This document shows positions 11,628-21,780 of a stretch of DNA of 64,000 nt, in pieces. The stretch comes from an uncultured Phycisphaerales bacterium. GTDB taxonomy: Bacteria > Planctomycetota > Phycisphaerae > Tepidisphaerales > Tepidisphaeraceae. The notes under the pieces were generated by a model. It was given only the letters and a program-made list of their open reading frames with translations. It ran no database searches and was not told where the DNA came from. How positions within the stretch are numbered: position 1 is the stretch's first letter; every line of letters begins with the position of its first letter. The position numbers were made by a program, and so were the translations under genes. The DNA lies in the NCBI GenBank assembly GCA_963755915.1, contig CAVWLP010000002.1:3488001-3552000 (forward strand), in the 5' to 3' direction.

Positions 11628-12536
11628 ATGTCGCGGGTGGAAGATCTTCAGAAACGCTTCGGAGTGAATGGAGTTGTGAAGGTTGAAGCGGGGAAGGGGG
11701 ATCTGCCACGGATCGTCGCCACCGCGGCGCGCGGCTCAGCCGAGATATATCTCTTCGGCGCCCACGTCGCCCATTTTCAGCCGCGCGGGGCCTCGCCCGT
11801 ATTATTCATGAGCAAGCACAGCGCTTTCGACGGCAAAAAGCCCATCCGCGGCGGTGTGCCGATTGTCTTTCCCTGGTTCGGGCCCAGGGAGGATAAGCCG
11901 GAGCTTCCGCCCCATGGCGTCGCCCGCACCCGCGATTGGGACATCGAATCCTGCGACGCCCGCGGCGATGGCTCCGTCCGCATCGTCCTCGGCACCGCCA
12001 GCGACGAACAGACCATGAAGCTCTGGCCCTTCGCTTTCGAGCTGCGCTTCATCGTCGTGGTTTCCGATTCCCTCGATATGACCCTCGAAGTCAGGAACGT
12101 CAACAAGCAGCCCTTCGAATTTGAAGAAGCCCTGCACTCCTATTTCAACATTGGAAACATCGAAAGCGTCTCCGTCGAGGGACTGTCCGGCTCGGAATAT
12201 CTAGACCGCGCGGATGGCGAAAAGCGCAAAAAGCAGCCCGATGAGCCCATCCGATTCACCGGCGAGACCGACCGCCTCTATTACAGCAGCGCTCCCCGCG
12301 TGCTCATCAAAGATCCCGCGCTCAAGCGGACGATTGCAATCGAAAAGTCACGCTCCAATGCCACCGTCACCTGGAATCCCTGGGCAGACAAGGCCGCCGC
12401 CATGAAAGACCTCGGCGCCGACCAGTGGCAGCAGATGGTCTGCGTCGAAACCGCCAACGCCCGCGACGCCAAGGTGAAGCTGCCCGGCGGGTCGATCCAT
12501 CGCATGGGCGCCCGAATCTCGGTTGAAAATTTGTAA
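11628..12536 (+). CDS. D-hexose-6-phosphate mutarotase (aldose 1-epimerase family)
   Basis: IRGGVPIVFPWFG, HGVAR, ALHSYF, WNPW and VCVE motifs. Confidence 0.9.
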   Translation: MSRVEDLQKRFGVNGVVKVEAGKGDLPRIVATAARGSAEIYLFGAHVAHFQPRGASPVLFMSKHSAFDGKKPIRGGVPIVFPWFGPREDKPELPPHGVARTRDWDIESCDARGDGSVRIVLGTASDEQTMKLWPFAFELRFIVVVSDSLDMTLEVRNVNKQPFEFEEALHSYFNIGNIESVSVEGLSGSEYLDRADGEKRKKQPDEPIRFTGETDRLYYSSAPRVLIKDPALKRTIAIEKSRSNATVTWNPWADKAAAMKDLGADQWQQMVCVETANARDAKVKLPGGSIHRMGARISVENL

Positions 12537-12571
12537 TTCGAAAGACCCAACAATTTCGAAAGGAGTCGATC

Positions 12572-13266
12572 ATGAACAATCGCGTCGCAATCATTACTGG
12601 CGCCGGACGCGGGATCGGCCGGGCGACGGCCGTCGAGCTCGCCCAATCCGAATACCGACTCGCACTCATCTCCCGAAACGCCGGCGAGCTCGATGAAACC
12701 CGAAAAATCTGCGGCGAAGAGGTCGAAAGATTCGTCTGCGACGTCTCCGATCCCGCCAAGGTCGATCGCATGATCGACGATGTCCTAAAACGCTTTGGCC
12801 GCATCGACGCCCTGGTCCACTGCGCCGGGCTGGGGATGGTCCGCACCGTCGAGAAAATGACCCCCGAAGAATGGCGGGCGACGATTGATACGAATCTCTC
12901 CTCCGTCTTCTATCTCTGCCACCGGCTCTGGCCGGTCTTCCGCAAGCACGGTGGTGGGGTGGTCGTGAATGTATCCTCCTACGCAGGCCGCGATCCATTT
13001 CCCGGCCTCGGCCCCTACGGCGCCGCCAAGGCCGGGATGAATCTCCTGGGCCTCGCCCTCTCCGCGAGGGAGCCGAGATCGGCGTGCGCGTACATACGGT
13101 TGCCCCCGCGGCGACAGAGACCGCCATGCTCCGCGCCAGTTTTTCCGAAGAGCAGATACCACGCGACAAAGTGCTGCCGCCCAGCGAGGTGGCGAAGGTG
13201 ATTGTCCAGTGCGTTTGCGGAGATCTGGGCTGCACCAGCGGCGAAGTGATCTACGTCCACAAGTAA
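12572..13266 (+). CDS. SDR family oxidoreductase (frameshift near 13070)
   Basis: TGAGRGIG, NVSS and YGAAK motifs; the C-terminus continues in ORF 13084-13266. Confidence 0.9.
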
Positions 13267-13391
13267 GCACGCCCTGCGCCTTCAACTTCCCGAGCGCCTT
13301 TACCCCCGCCTCCGGTATTCCGGGGGAGGGATCGGGAGGGGGCCGCCTCGCGAAAGATCGCCCCAAATATCTTCTCGCCCAATCTCCTCCA

Positions 13392-13712
13392 TCAATCAAG
13401 ATGAAACACTTCCTCCAGCACTTCCAGCGAAGTATCCGCCGCCCCCGTCCCCAGCGTCGTAAAAAAATCCTTCATCGCCGCCTGCCAGCGGACATTCACA
13501 TCTTCCCCCTGCATCCCCTCCACCGCCTTTTTAAAGTCCGGCGTCTCCACATATCCAACCAGCAGCCCATCCGATTTAAGGAAGAGCGAATAATTCGTCC
13601 ACCCATGCCGGCTCAGCGCCCCCAGCATTTCCGGCCAGACTGATTTATGCGCGCTCTTATATTCCCCGAGCCGATTAGGCTTTACGCGTAACAGAAAACA
13701 GACTCGCTGCAT
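13392..13712 (-). CDS. rhaM: L-rhamnose mutarotase
   Basis: EYKSAHKSVWPEM..AL...GW.NYSLF...EEVFHLD. Confidence 0.85.
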   Translation of the reverse strand: MQRVCFLLRVKPNRLGEYKSAHKSVWPEMLGALSRHGWTNYSLFLKSDGLLVGYVETPDFKKAVEGMQGEDVNVRWQAAMKDFFTTLGTGAADTSLEVLEEVFHLD

Positions 13713-13838
13713 GAATTCTCCAATCTTTTTCGGCATTATCCGAATGACCTCAAATCGATTCAAGCGCAGTTGCCGCGCCCTCAGGGGGTTACGTTTCCCC
13801 AATGGACCCCTCAACTTTCCCTGACTATGATGCCCCCT

Positions 13839-14954
13839 ATGAATGAACGGATTCGCGTTGGAGTAATCGGTTGCGGCGCCATCAGCGGGCGCTATTTACA
13901 GACCAGCCGCAATTTCCCCATCCTGGAGATTGCCGCCTGCGCCGATCTGAATCGCGAAGCCGCCGAGCGCAAGGCGGCCGATTACGCGGTCCCCAGGGTT
14001 CTTAGCGTCGACGAGCTCCTCGCCGACAAATCGATCGACCTGGTCCTGAATCTCACCGTCCCCAAGGCCCACATGCCCATCTGCATGGCCGCCCTCGAAA
14101 ACGGCAAGCACGTCTACGTCGAAAAACCCCTCGCCGTCACCCGCGAAGACGGCCAAACGATTTTGCACGAGGCTCAGCGCCGCAAGCTTCAGGTCGGCTG
14201 CGCCCCCGACACCTTCCTCGGCTGGGGCCTTCAAACCGCGCGCAAGGCGATCGACGAAGGAATCATCGGCCGCCCCGTCAGTTTCCTCGCCTTCATGATG
14301 TGTCCCGGCCACGAGCACTGGCACCCCAGCCCGGAATTCTACTACGAAGCTGGCGGTGGCCCCATGCTCGACATGGGCCCATACTATCTCACCGCTCTCC
14401 TAAATTGCCTCGGCCCTGTGCGCCGCCTGACCGGCCTCTCCGCCATCGAAATCCCCGAGCGCACCATCACCAGCGAAACGAAAAAGGGAAAGAAAATCAA
14501 AGTCGAAACCCCCGACCATGTCATCGGCAGCATCGAGTTCCAGCAGGGCGCCGTCGGCTCCATCGTCATGAGCTTCGCCACCCGCTTCGCCCAGTACGAC
14601 GGCAAAACCCCCATCACAATTTTCGGAACCGAGGGCACGATGCTCCTCCCCGACCCCAACGGCTTCGGTGGCCCCGTAAAAGTCCGGCGCAACGAAGACT
14701 CAGAATTCCGCGAAATTCCGCCGGTCTTCGAACACGTCTACGAGCGCTCAGTCGGCCTCGCCGAGATGGCCTGGGCCATCGCCAATTCCCGCACCCCCCG
14801 CTCCAGCGGCCAGCAGGGTCTCGCCGTCCTCGACCTGATGCTGGGATTCCTGGACTCCTCAACCGACGGAAAAGCCTATCGCCCCGTCGTCAGCTATACC
14901 CGCCCCGACCCCCTCGCGCCCAAAGTTCCCTTCGGCGGATTCGACCCCGCATAG
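13839..14954 (+). CDS. Gfo/Idh/MocA family oxidoreductase
   Basis: GVIGCGAIS, HVYVEKP, APDTFLG and GGGPMLDMGPYY. Confidence 0.92.
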   Translation: MNERIRVGVIGCGAISGRYLQTSRNFPILEIAACADLNREAAERKAADYAVPRVLSVDELLADKSIDLVLNLTVPKAHMPICMAALENGKHVYVEKPLAVTREDGQTILHEAQRRKLQVGCAPDTFLGWGLQTARKAIDEGIIGRPVSFLAFMMCPGHEHWHPSPEFYYEAGGGPMLDMGPYYLTALLNCLGPVRRLTGLSAIEIPERTITSETKKGKKIKVETPDHVIGSIEFQQGAVGSIVMSFATRFAQYDGKTPITIFGTEGTMLLPDPNGFGGPVKVRRNEDSEFREIPPVFEHVYERSVGLAEMAWAIANSRTPRSSGQQGLAVLDLMLGFLDSSTDGKAYRPVVSYTRPDPLAPKVPFGGFDPA

Positions 14955-14991
14955 CGCGAAATTCGAAACTCAATTATCCCCTCCCCTGGTA

Positions 14992-15052
14992 AAATTCGAA
15001 ATTTTAAATTTTAAATTTTAAATTCAAAATTCAAGATTCAAAATTCCAATTT
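14992..15052. repeat. AT-rich 7-mer tandem repeat (AAATTYN, about 8 units) between convergent genes
   Basis: aaattcg aaatttt aaatttt aaatttt aaattca aaattca agattca aaattcc. Confidence 0.75.
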
Positions 15053-15054
15053 CC

Positions 15055-15543
15055 CTACCCCGTATTCCCCTCCAGGTTCTCCATAAGCCCCCCAATCGTC
15101 ATCTGCAACACCGGATGCACCGCCCCCGGCGCAATCTCCGCCAGCGGCTCAAGCACAAACCTTCGCTCGTGCATCAGCGGGTGCGGTACCACCAACTCCT
15201 GGCTGCTGATGATCTGATCCCCAAACAGCAGAATATCAATATCAATCGTTCGCGGCTCCCATTTATGAACCCGCGTCCGCCCCAAACCCTTTTCAATCTC
15301 AAGCGTCCGATGCAGCAGCGCATGCGAGCCAAGTGTAGTACTAATTTCCGCCGCCCCATTCAAAAACGCCGGCGACCCAGCCGGCCCACCCACCGCCGGA
15401 TTCTCCAGCAGCGATGAAACCCGGGTAATCGAAACACCATCCGTGGATCCCAGCGCCGCCAGGGCCGCTCGGATATTTTCTTCCCGGTCGCCGAGATTGG
15501 CCCCAAGGCCCAGATATGCGATGACCGCCGGTTGAACGCGCAT
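15055..15543 (-). CDS. folK: 2-amino-4-hydroxy-6-hydroxymethyldihydropteridine diphosphokinase
   Basis: AYLGLGANLG, FLNGA, PRTIDIDILLF and PHPLMHERRFVL. Confidence 0.95.
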   Translation of the reverse strand: MRVQPAVIAYLGLGANLGDREENIRAALAALGSTDGVSITRVSSLLENPAVGGPAGSPAFLNGAAEISTTLGSHALLHRTLEIEKGLGRTRVHKWEPRTIDIDILLFGDQIISSQELVVPHPLMHERRFVLEPLAEIAPGAVHPVLQMTIGGLMENLEGNTG

Positions 15544-15549
15544 GCGATT

Positions 15550-16994
15550 TCAATTCCCCGCCGAGAGCGGAAATTCCTCGTCCCGCAGCGGAATCTGCAC
15601 GTATCGCCCAGGATCCCCCTCGTTCAGCGCGTTGACGATTCCGTTGACGCTCCCCAGATCGACCGAGGTCTTCTCTCCGCTCGCCGTGTCGTAAACCGTG
15701 CGATACCCGCGGATCACTTCATCGAAGTCGGCATTCGACCGGTCCTGGATCAGCTCGTCGTGCTGGATGGATTTCAGATACCCATCGAAGGCGTCTTCCT
15801 TCTCCTGCATCGAATGCTCGAAGGCGCAGAATCGCGCATTGGATGCCGCGATATCCTGCTGCGTGTGCTGCCCCAGCACCGCGTTGTCCAGCTTCCACGA
15901 TTGCGAAATCTCAATCATCAGCGGCAGATCCACGTCAAACGAACTATCCGGCCCCGTGATAACGCTGGCAAAAAGCCCCCACGTCCCATTGCCGATCGGA
16001 TAGCACTCAATCTGCGCCCACGCCCGGTAATGAATCGCCTGCCCGTTCAGCGAATGCGTCGTGCGAAAATAAATCCGCGCCGCCTGCCCCCCAGGCAGCT
16101 CCGCCTGCACCGGCGTAGACTGCATGATCTCATCCAGATCGATCCCCGGCCCCCCGCGCGCCTGCGACATATCGCTGAGCTGCGGCGAGAGATTCTTCAG
16201 CGCATCCTGCGGCCCCGTAAACGGCGCCACCAGCATCCGCGTCGCCGGCGTAAGCTGCCCCGTCGCCGCAAGCTGATTCTGCACCGCCGCCCCCATCGAG
16301 TTCGGCGTCACCACTTCAAACCCCGCCCCCAAACTGATCGATTGCCCCGCCGGCCCCGCAAGCGACACCGACCCAATATTGCTCGCGCTGACAATCTTCC
16401 AGTCCGGCGGAATCGAAATCGTCCCCACCCCATCCCCAAACGATTCCTCCTTCATCTGCGTATCCGCAGGTAGCGCCGCGGCAAGCTTATTCCACTCGGC
16501 AGCCGGCGCGTCGGCGGAGTCGTAAAGAATCGTAATCGCCGCCCCTTTCTCGCCGATCCCGCAGAATATAGTCCCCTGCACCGCTCGCGCGTGCAGCGAC
16601 CCCGAAAACGTCGCCCCCCCGCGCCGATGCTCATGCGCATCCGCAAACGCGCCCAGCACGGTTGGCTTCGAATCCAGCACCCGGCTCATATCCCGCAGCG
16701 CCGAGAGGATCGCCGCCTGCGGCGTAGTCGCATCCGATTTCTGCGCGAACATCGTATTTCCAACGCCCGCCGAGGCCAGCATCGTATATCCCAGAGACGT
16801 TGGATCGGAATCAGACGGCCCCTGGCGCTGGGGCTTGGCGCGGAAGATAGCGCCTGTGACTGCACGGTCGGTGCCGCGCCGGCCGCCGAGACGTCCGAGT
16901 TTTGAAACCCCGCCCGGATTGCAAAGATAACGCCAAGGATAAGCAAAACCACAAACCCCCCGGCTCCGCCGAGGAGGAGAAATTTGCTGCGCAT
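15550..16994 (-). CDS. Hypothetical membrane-anchored protein (frameshifted near the 5' end)
   Basis: N-terminal TM segment MRSKFLLLGGAGGFVVLL with GGAG RBS, continuing in the long ORF ending at 15550. Confidence 0.6.
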
Positions 16995-17169
16995 GTCGGA
17001 CTCCGTTGTGACCCCCAAATACTAACACGCCCTCCCGCCCCTTGCGAGTGAACTCCCTCAAAGCCCCCTCCCGTTTAGCCGCGCCCCGCAGGGAAGCGCG
17101 TCCCTCAGCAGCGCCCTCCGACTTCCGCAACCCGCGCCGAGCAACTCCCCTCCCCCCAAAATACCCTCC

Positions 17170-18395
17170 CCCCAAAATCCCCCCGACGACCATCGGGGGG
17201 CCTCCCACAAAAACCCGAGCCCGCCGCGCGACCCCCATCCCCCAACCGACTCCCATACCAAAGCTGTGGGGTGCTCGCACCCACAGAAACACCCCGGAAC
17301 CCACAACTCCTCCCATACTCGCGCACAAAATGGGGAAGCGCGATTCAAAGACATCCTCTCTCCCTGTGTAGCCGCCCCCGCCTGACTTCGGTGAGCTGTG
17401 TCGAACCGCGGGGCGCGTCTTTCGATGTCCACAAATCGCAGTCCCTCATTTTGCACTCCCACCAATTCTTCAATCTCCCAAACACGATCGGTCAGCCCTC
17501 ACGTCGCGCCTCTTCCGCATGACGCGCTATGCCGCTCCCCTTCACACGCCTGATCGTCGCCTCTCAAATTTCCCCGGAATTCGGTGGTGGGTCAGTTTGA
17601 AATTAAATTCTATTTTTGCGCAATCGAGATAAGCACGCGAGGATTAAATCAATTAACGACGCAACCCATGCGAACATTAGGATCGTGCCAATCGGTGCGA
17701 GGATCAACCCTTCTTCGGAACCACCAAGTATCATCAGGCTCGCCAACAGAACAATGGCGACCAGGCCGCACGAAAAGAGGATGAAACATTTCAAAGGCCC
17801 GCTTACGGAGGAGCGCGGACCGTGAGGAGGAGGAGAAGGAGGAGGAGGAGAGCGATAGTCGAGCGGATTAATCTCCGGCATTCCCCCAAATACTAATCGG
17901 TCAACCCCACCAATTCTTCAAGCTCCCGAGTGTAATTGGCCGGCGCGCATTGCTATCGCACATGCCCCTTTTTACCCCTCGCCCGGTACTCCGGGAGAGG
18001 GTTGGGGGTGAGGGTCTTCAGCATTTTTCACTCTACACGCGATTGCTCCGGGTCAACCCGCCCGCACCGCTACCGTGACGCGAAGCCCGCGGTGAATCCG
18101 GCAGCAGTTGCAGTGCATGAAGTGAAGCGCAACCATCGCCGCATGATCCTCGATTTATTTTGAAAAGGCATTCGTCAGGTGCGCAAATCGCCGTATCAAC
18201 ATCCCCATGACCAAATTAACGCGCTCAAAGGCAAAACACCCTTCCCCCCAAAGCCCCCCGATGGCCATCGGGGGCCTCCCACAAAAAACCTCCGCTCCGT
18301 CACGCGACACCAGTTCCCCACCGCGCCCCCATACCAAAGCTGTGGGACTTCGGCGAGCTCAGTCGAGCCGTGCTCGCACCCACAGAAATCCCCAC
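17170..18395. repeat. Two copies of a ~125-bp composite intergenic repeat (17170-17295 and 18247-18392)
   Basis: ccccccga.g.ccatcgggggcctcccacaaaaa...cccataccaaagctgtggg..tgctcgcacccacagaaa is present in both. Confidence 0.8.
17603..17881 (-). CDS. Small two-TM cassette protein with N-terminal P-L-D-Y motif
   Basis: MPEINPLDYRSPPPP followed by two hydrophobic helices; the stop abuts an IS1 IR. Confidence 0.7.
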   Translation of the reverse strand: MPEINPLDYRSPPPPSPPPHGPRSSVSGPLKCFILFSCGLVAIVLLASLMILGGSEEGLILAPIGTILMFAWVASLIDLILACLSRLRKNRI

Positions 18396-18528
18396 CCTGC
18401 ACCTAAAGATTTCAGCCCCCCGGAACGCCCACGGACTTCGGTGAGCTCAGTCGAACCGCGCTGCCGTGAGAAATTTCCAAATGCCCTCACCGACCGAAAT
18501 TGACCCGCCGCGCAAATTTCGGTTGTGG

Positions 18529-19155
18529 TCAATTAGAAATCGATTCCTTTTTCGAAGGAATCGTTCCGCATTCCGGACATCGCTCCGGCGTAGCGCGCAC
18601 GTCGTAGCCGCAGTTTACGCATTGGCCCAACGCCCCGCGCTGCCGTCTTCGCCGAATCCCGATGATTGCCACTACTGATGGGTACAACGAAAGCCCTATC
18701 AAGAACCAGTGCGGTACCGACACCGTGTCGATTCGGGAACTTTCAAATCCATTCCAGGGAAAGTCATCGCGCTCCCAATGAAACCCTATTCGATTCCAAA
18801 TCAGACTCGCGAAAGGCCCAAAAGCAGGTCCAGACTCATGATGGAAACCAGGATTGCTATCATATGGCATCAGGGCGAGACCAGGCTCAACATCGTTGCT
18901 GAGCGACAGAAAAGGAGGAAACGGATTTGAACCCGGCGGAGACGAAAACTGCATCGGCTCGTACTCGACCAAAATGCAGCCTCGGTTTGACTCCAATATA
19001 TAATTGGTCCAACGAGTTCCTCCGACATCGTGCGTGGGGTAACTTAGCTCGTCGAACCGCCAATAACTCCGCGCCCAGAAAGCCGCCGCCAGCACACTAA
19101 CTCCCAGTGACAACAACGCGAGCGCAGCTAACGACCATTGGTGATGCCGTCTCAT
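18529..19155 (-). CDS. Two-TM membrane protein with C-terminal zinc ribbon (CxxCGYDVRATPERCPECG)
   Basis: MRR..SL...FWARSY..VPHWFL..RRRR..CVNCGYD; ends ISN*, read from a degenerate IR. Confidence 0.85.
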   Translation of the reverse strand: MRRHHQWSLAALALLSLGVSVLAAAFWARSYWRFDELSYPTHDVGGTRWTNYILESNRGCILVEYEPMQFSSPPGSNPFPPFLSLSNDVEPGLALMPYDSNPGFHHESGPAFGPFASLIWNRIGFHWERDDFPWNGFESSRIDTVSVPHWFLIGLSLYPSVVAIIGIRRRRQRGALGQCVNCGYDVRATPERCPECGTIPSKKESISN

Positions 19156-19269
19156 CGAATGGGATTGTACCGCGTCTCAGTCGATCAGCTTCAGCAAATC
19201 CTCAATCTCCCAAACCGTATTAGATTGGCCAGTGGCCGGAATTCGAAAGTAGGTCAGTTTGAAATAAAA

Positions 19270-19788
19270 TTACTCTTTCGACAGTATTGTCCCGCATTCC
19301 GGGCAACGGTCGGGTGTGGCGCGTAGGTCGTAGCCACAAGAGGAACACATGCTTTGCACCTTAGTTCGCCGACGCCAAAACGAAATCGCAAATATCGCCG
19401 GAAAAACCGCCAGTAAAAGAGAAATGAACCAATCGGGGGTCTGCAAATGATAAAAGACGGAGGGAGCGGCTTTTGGAAAATAAGCGTCTGTTTGAATGAG
19501 TCGCTGGTAACGAAATCCCGAATCTCCCAGATTCGACTTTATCAATCTCGCTAGATCGGTGTCCCATCGCTCGTGTCGCCAATAGAAGCTATACCCGGCA
19601 GATCTATCGAGAATGTCGAAGTTCATCGAAACGAGCCCCAAATTGCTGCGAGCGACGATTTGATAATTTCCTTCCTTTCTGACCAGCATGTCCCAGCGCA
19701 GGTAACTGCGAATCCACAAAGCAATCATCGCAACGCACAGCACCAACGAGCCCGTCGCAATCGTATTGAATAACCGCCGCCGCTTCAT
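19270..19788 (-). CDS. Two-TM membrane protein with C-terminal zinc ribbon
   Basis: [43 protein letters not shown]. Confidence 0.85.
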   Translation of the reverse strand: MKRRRLFNTIATGSLVLCVAMIALWIRSYLRWDMLVRKEGNYQIVARSNLGLVSMNFDILDRSAGYSFYWRHERWDTDLARLIKSNLGDSGFRYQRLIQTDAYFPKAAPSVFYHLQTPDWFISLLLAVFPAIFAISFWRRRTKVQSMCSSCGYDLRATPDRCPECGTILSKE

Positions 19789-19887
19789 TTGCGGGAATTG
19801 TACCGCCCCTCAGTCGATCGTCCCCACCAATTCCTCAAGCTCACAAACATGATCGGCCAGCACCGCCGGTAGCGGGTCAGTTTCAAA

Positions 19888-20205
19888 TTATTTCGTGTTT
19901 TCTGTGAGTTTTGGAAGCGAGCGTAGACCTCTAACCAACTTCCAGGCACGCCAGATTACATAAAGAAATATCGCGATGCCGCAAAGCAGAAAACGCCACC
20001 CTAGTTCTTCGAAATGTTCCTTCTGAGGTTTCAGCGGGGTCGTGGAGGCAGCCCCAAAGTAATCCAGAGCGCCTAGGAGCAACCAAAACCCTATGAAAAA
20101 CGGAATCGACAGTAAAATCGCTTTTACGACGGGATAATGATTGTCATCGCGCCGTGTCGTATCTGGCGAGGCATAAGAAAGTGGTTCCATTGGCTTGTCT
20201 GCCAC
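19888..20205 (-). CDS. Small two-TM cassette protein with P-L-S-Y motif
   Basis: MADKPMEPLSYASP followed by two TM helices; the stop abuts an IR. Confidence 0.7.
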   Translation of the reverse strand: MADKPMEPLSYASPDTTRRDDNHYPVVKAILLSIPFFIGFWLLLGALDYFGAASTTPLKPQKEHFEELGWRFLLCGIAIFLYVIWRAWKLVRGLRSLPKLTENTK

Positions 20206-20375
20206 ACCTCAAAATACTACCGCAAAAGCCCCACCAATTCCCCGATCCACCAAACATCATTAATGCAGCCGTCACGTCACGCCTCTTCCGCTTGACGCGC
20301 TATGCGGCTCGCGATCACACGCCGGATTGTCGCCTGTCAAGTTTCTCCGGATTCCGGTAGTGGGTCAGTTTGAAA

Positions 20376-20786
20376 TTAAATAGTTTTTTCGACGGTTTTT
20401 CCGCATTCGGGGCAACGGTCCGGCGTGGTGCGGAGGTCGTAGCCACAGTCTCGACATGAGCCCGGAAGAATACGAGTAGCTTGCGCTTCACGGTATCGCA
20501 ACACGACCCAGCAGAGGGGGAGTGTTATCGTCGAAATGAAGGCTATACCAACCGGAATGCGCCATCCCAATGCGGGGAAGAATGGCCGAACGTGGGCAAG
20601 CGACGTGTCTTGATAGGTGAATACCCAGACGCCGTTCACATCGGTCGTTGTCATGGTTGTAGGAAGTGGCGGAGGCAAAGCGACAGGGCGTCTGAAGATA
20701 TAAACCCTATCGTAGACGAGGCCCACAAAGAGCAACAACGAAATGGCCGCAAGCCCGTTGAATACTTGTCGGCGGAAGCGTTTCAT
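20376..20786 (-). CDS. Two-TM membrane protein with C-terminal zinc ribbon
   Basis: [38 protein letters not shown]. Confidence 0.85.
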   Translation of the reverse strand: MKRFRRQVFNGLAAISLLLFVGLVYDRVYIFRRPVALPPPLPTTMTTTDVNGVWVFTYQDTSLAHVRPFFPALGWRIPVGIAFISTITLPLCWVVLRYREAQATRILPGSCRDCGYDLRTTPDRCPECGKTVEKTI

Positions 20787-20807
20787 CGCCGGAAATTGTA
20801 CCGCGCT

Positions 20808-20950
20808 TCAGTCAATCAGCTTCAGTAATTCCTCAATCTCCCAAACATGGTCGGCCAGCCCCGCCTGCATTGCTGGCGTCACGCGAAGCGTCTGCTGAAC
20901 CCGACAGTAATTGTAGTACATGAAGTGCAGGGCAACTTGCGCCGCGTGAT
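20808..20950 (-). pseudogene. Orphan IS1-family transposase C-terminal fragment
   Basis: NHAAQVALHFMYYNYCRVQQTLRVTPAMQAGLADHVWEIEELLKLID*, matching the C-terminus of the 57420 transposase. Confidence 0.85.
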
Positions 20951-21518
20951 TCAGTTCGCGGCAATCTCCTTTTTCGGCGGTGGGATGGTCCCGCACTCAG
21001 GGCAACGGTCGGGCGTGGGCGCAGATCGTAGCCGCAGTTGTGGCATATCCCGATGTGGCCTTTTTGTCTTCGCCTCAAAAACGCATAAAACCACCACGTT
21101 GGAGGTACAAGGAGTGCGATGAGTAGAAACCACAGCGGCACGATTAAATGATACTCCGTCGTTCCGTCAAACACCTTGACTACGCCGATTGCGAACCGAG
21201 ATCCCCTCAATCCGGACCATCCGCCGAGCGATTCCGCGCTAAAACCCTGGATGCCGTCTCCCGACTCCCAAGCAGTCGGACCGAATCCCCAGTGGCGGAA
21301 ATATCGCGGCAAGCCATACTCAGTCGCAATTTGTAGCGCGATTTGGCCGCCGCCTGTTCCAATAGTAACCCACTCAGGTCTAAAATGGGGGCTCACAATC
21401 GAAAAGCTAAAACTGTCGAAGTGGCTCACCGCGCCAACCAAAGCAACCCTACTCCGCCACTAAGCAGTAGCGAAACCATCGCCAGGCGGCGCAACATACG
21501 TTGGCCAAACCGTGTCAC
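20951..21518 (-). CDS. Two-TM membrane protein with C-terminal zinc ribbon (two apparent frameshifts)
   Basis: GTG start 6 nt after TATAAT; ..[37 protein letters not shown]. Confidence 0.75.
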
Positions 21519-21537
21519 GCTACAATTATATCGCATT

Positions 21538-21680
21538 TCATTCGATCAGCTTGAGCGAGTCCTCGGCCCACCGGACTGTCTCTGACAGACCAGTAGCCAT
21601 CGCGGGCCTGACGCGAAGCGTCGAATGGATTTTGCAAAAGTTGTAGTGCATGAAGTAGATCGCAATCGCGTGGGCGTGTT
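21538..21680 (-). pseudogene. Orphan IS1-family transposase C-terminal fragment
   Basis: HAHAIAIYFMHYNFCKIHSTLRVRPAMATGLSETVRWAEDSLKLIE*. Confidence 0.8.
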
Positions 21681-21780
21681 ATTTGAGTTGACGCAAGCGA
21701 AAAACCCCAATACATCACGAAAGAAGCCCAATTGTCCCCACCCGGCGGATCCCTCTCAATCACCCCCAAAAGCGACATCC

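Larger units (their letters stand above)
17452..21680 (-). mobile_element. Cassette array 1: six small genes, each framed by IS1-family transposase 3' remnants and/or IS1 right-end IRs
   Basis: Tail remnants (..DHVWEIEELxxLID*) at about 17452, 17893, 19177, 19810, 20225, 20808 and 21538; IR copies ggtagtgggtcagtttgaaat at 17583, 18521, 19249, 19868 and 20356. Confidence 0.8.

Noticed and set aside
14992-15052. 7-mer tandem repeat as a phase-variation switch
   Set aside because: It lies between two convergent stop codons, not in a promoter or CDS.
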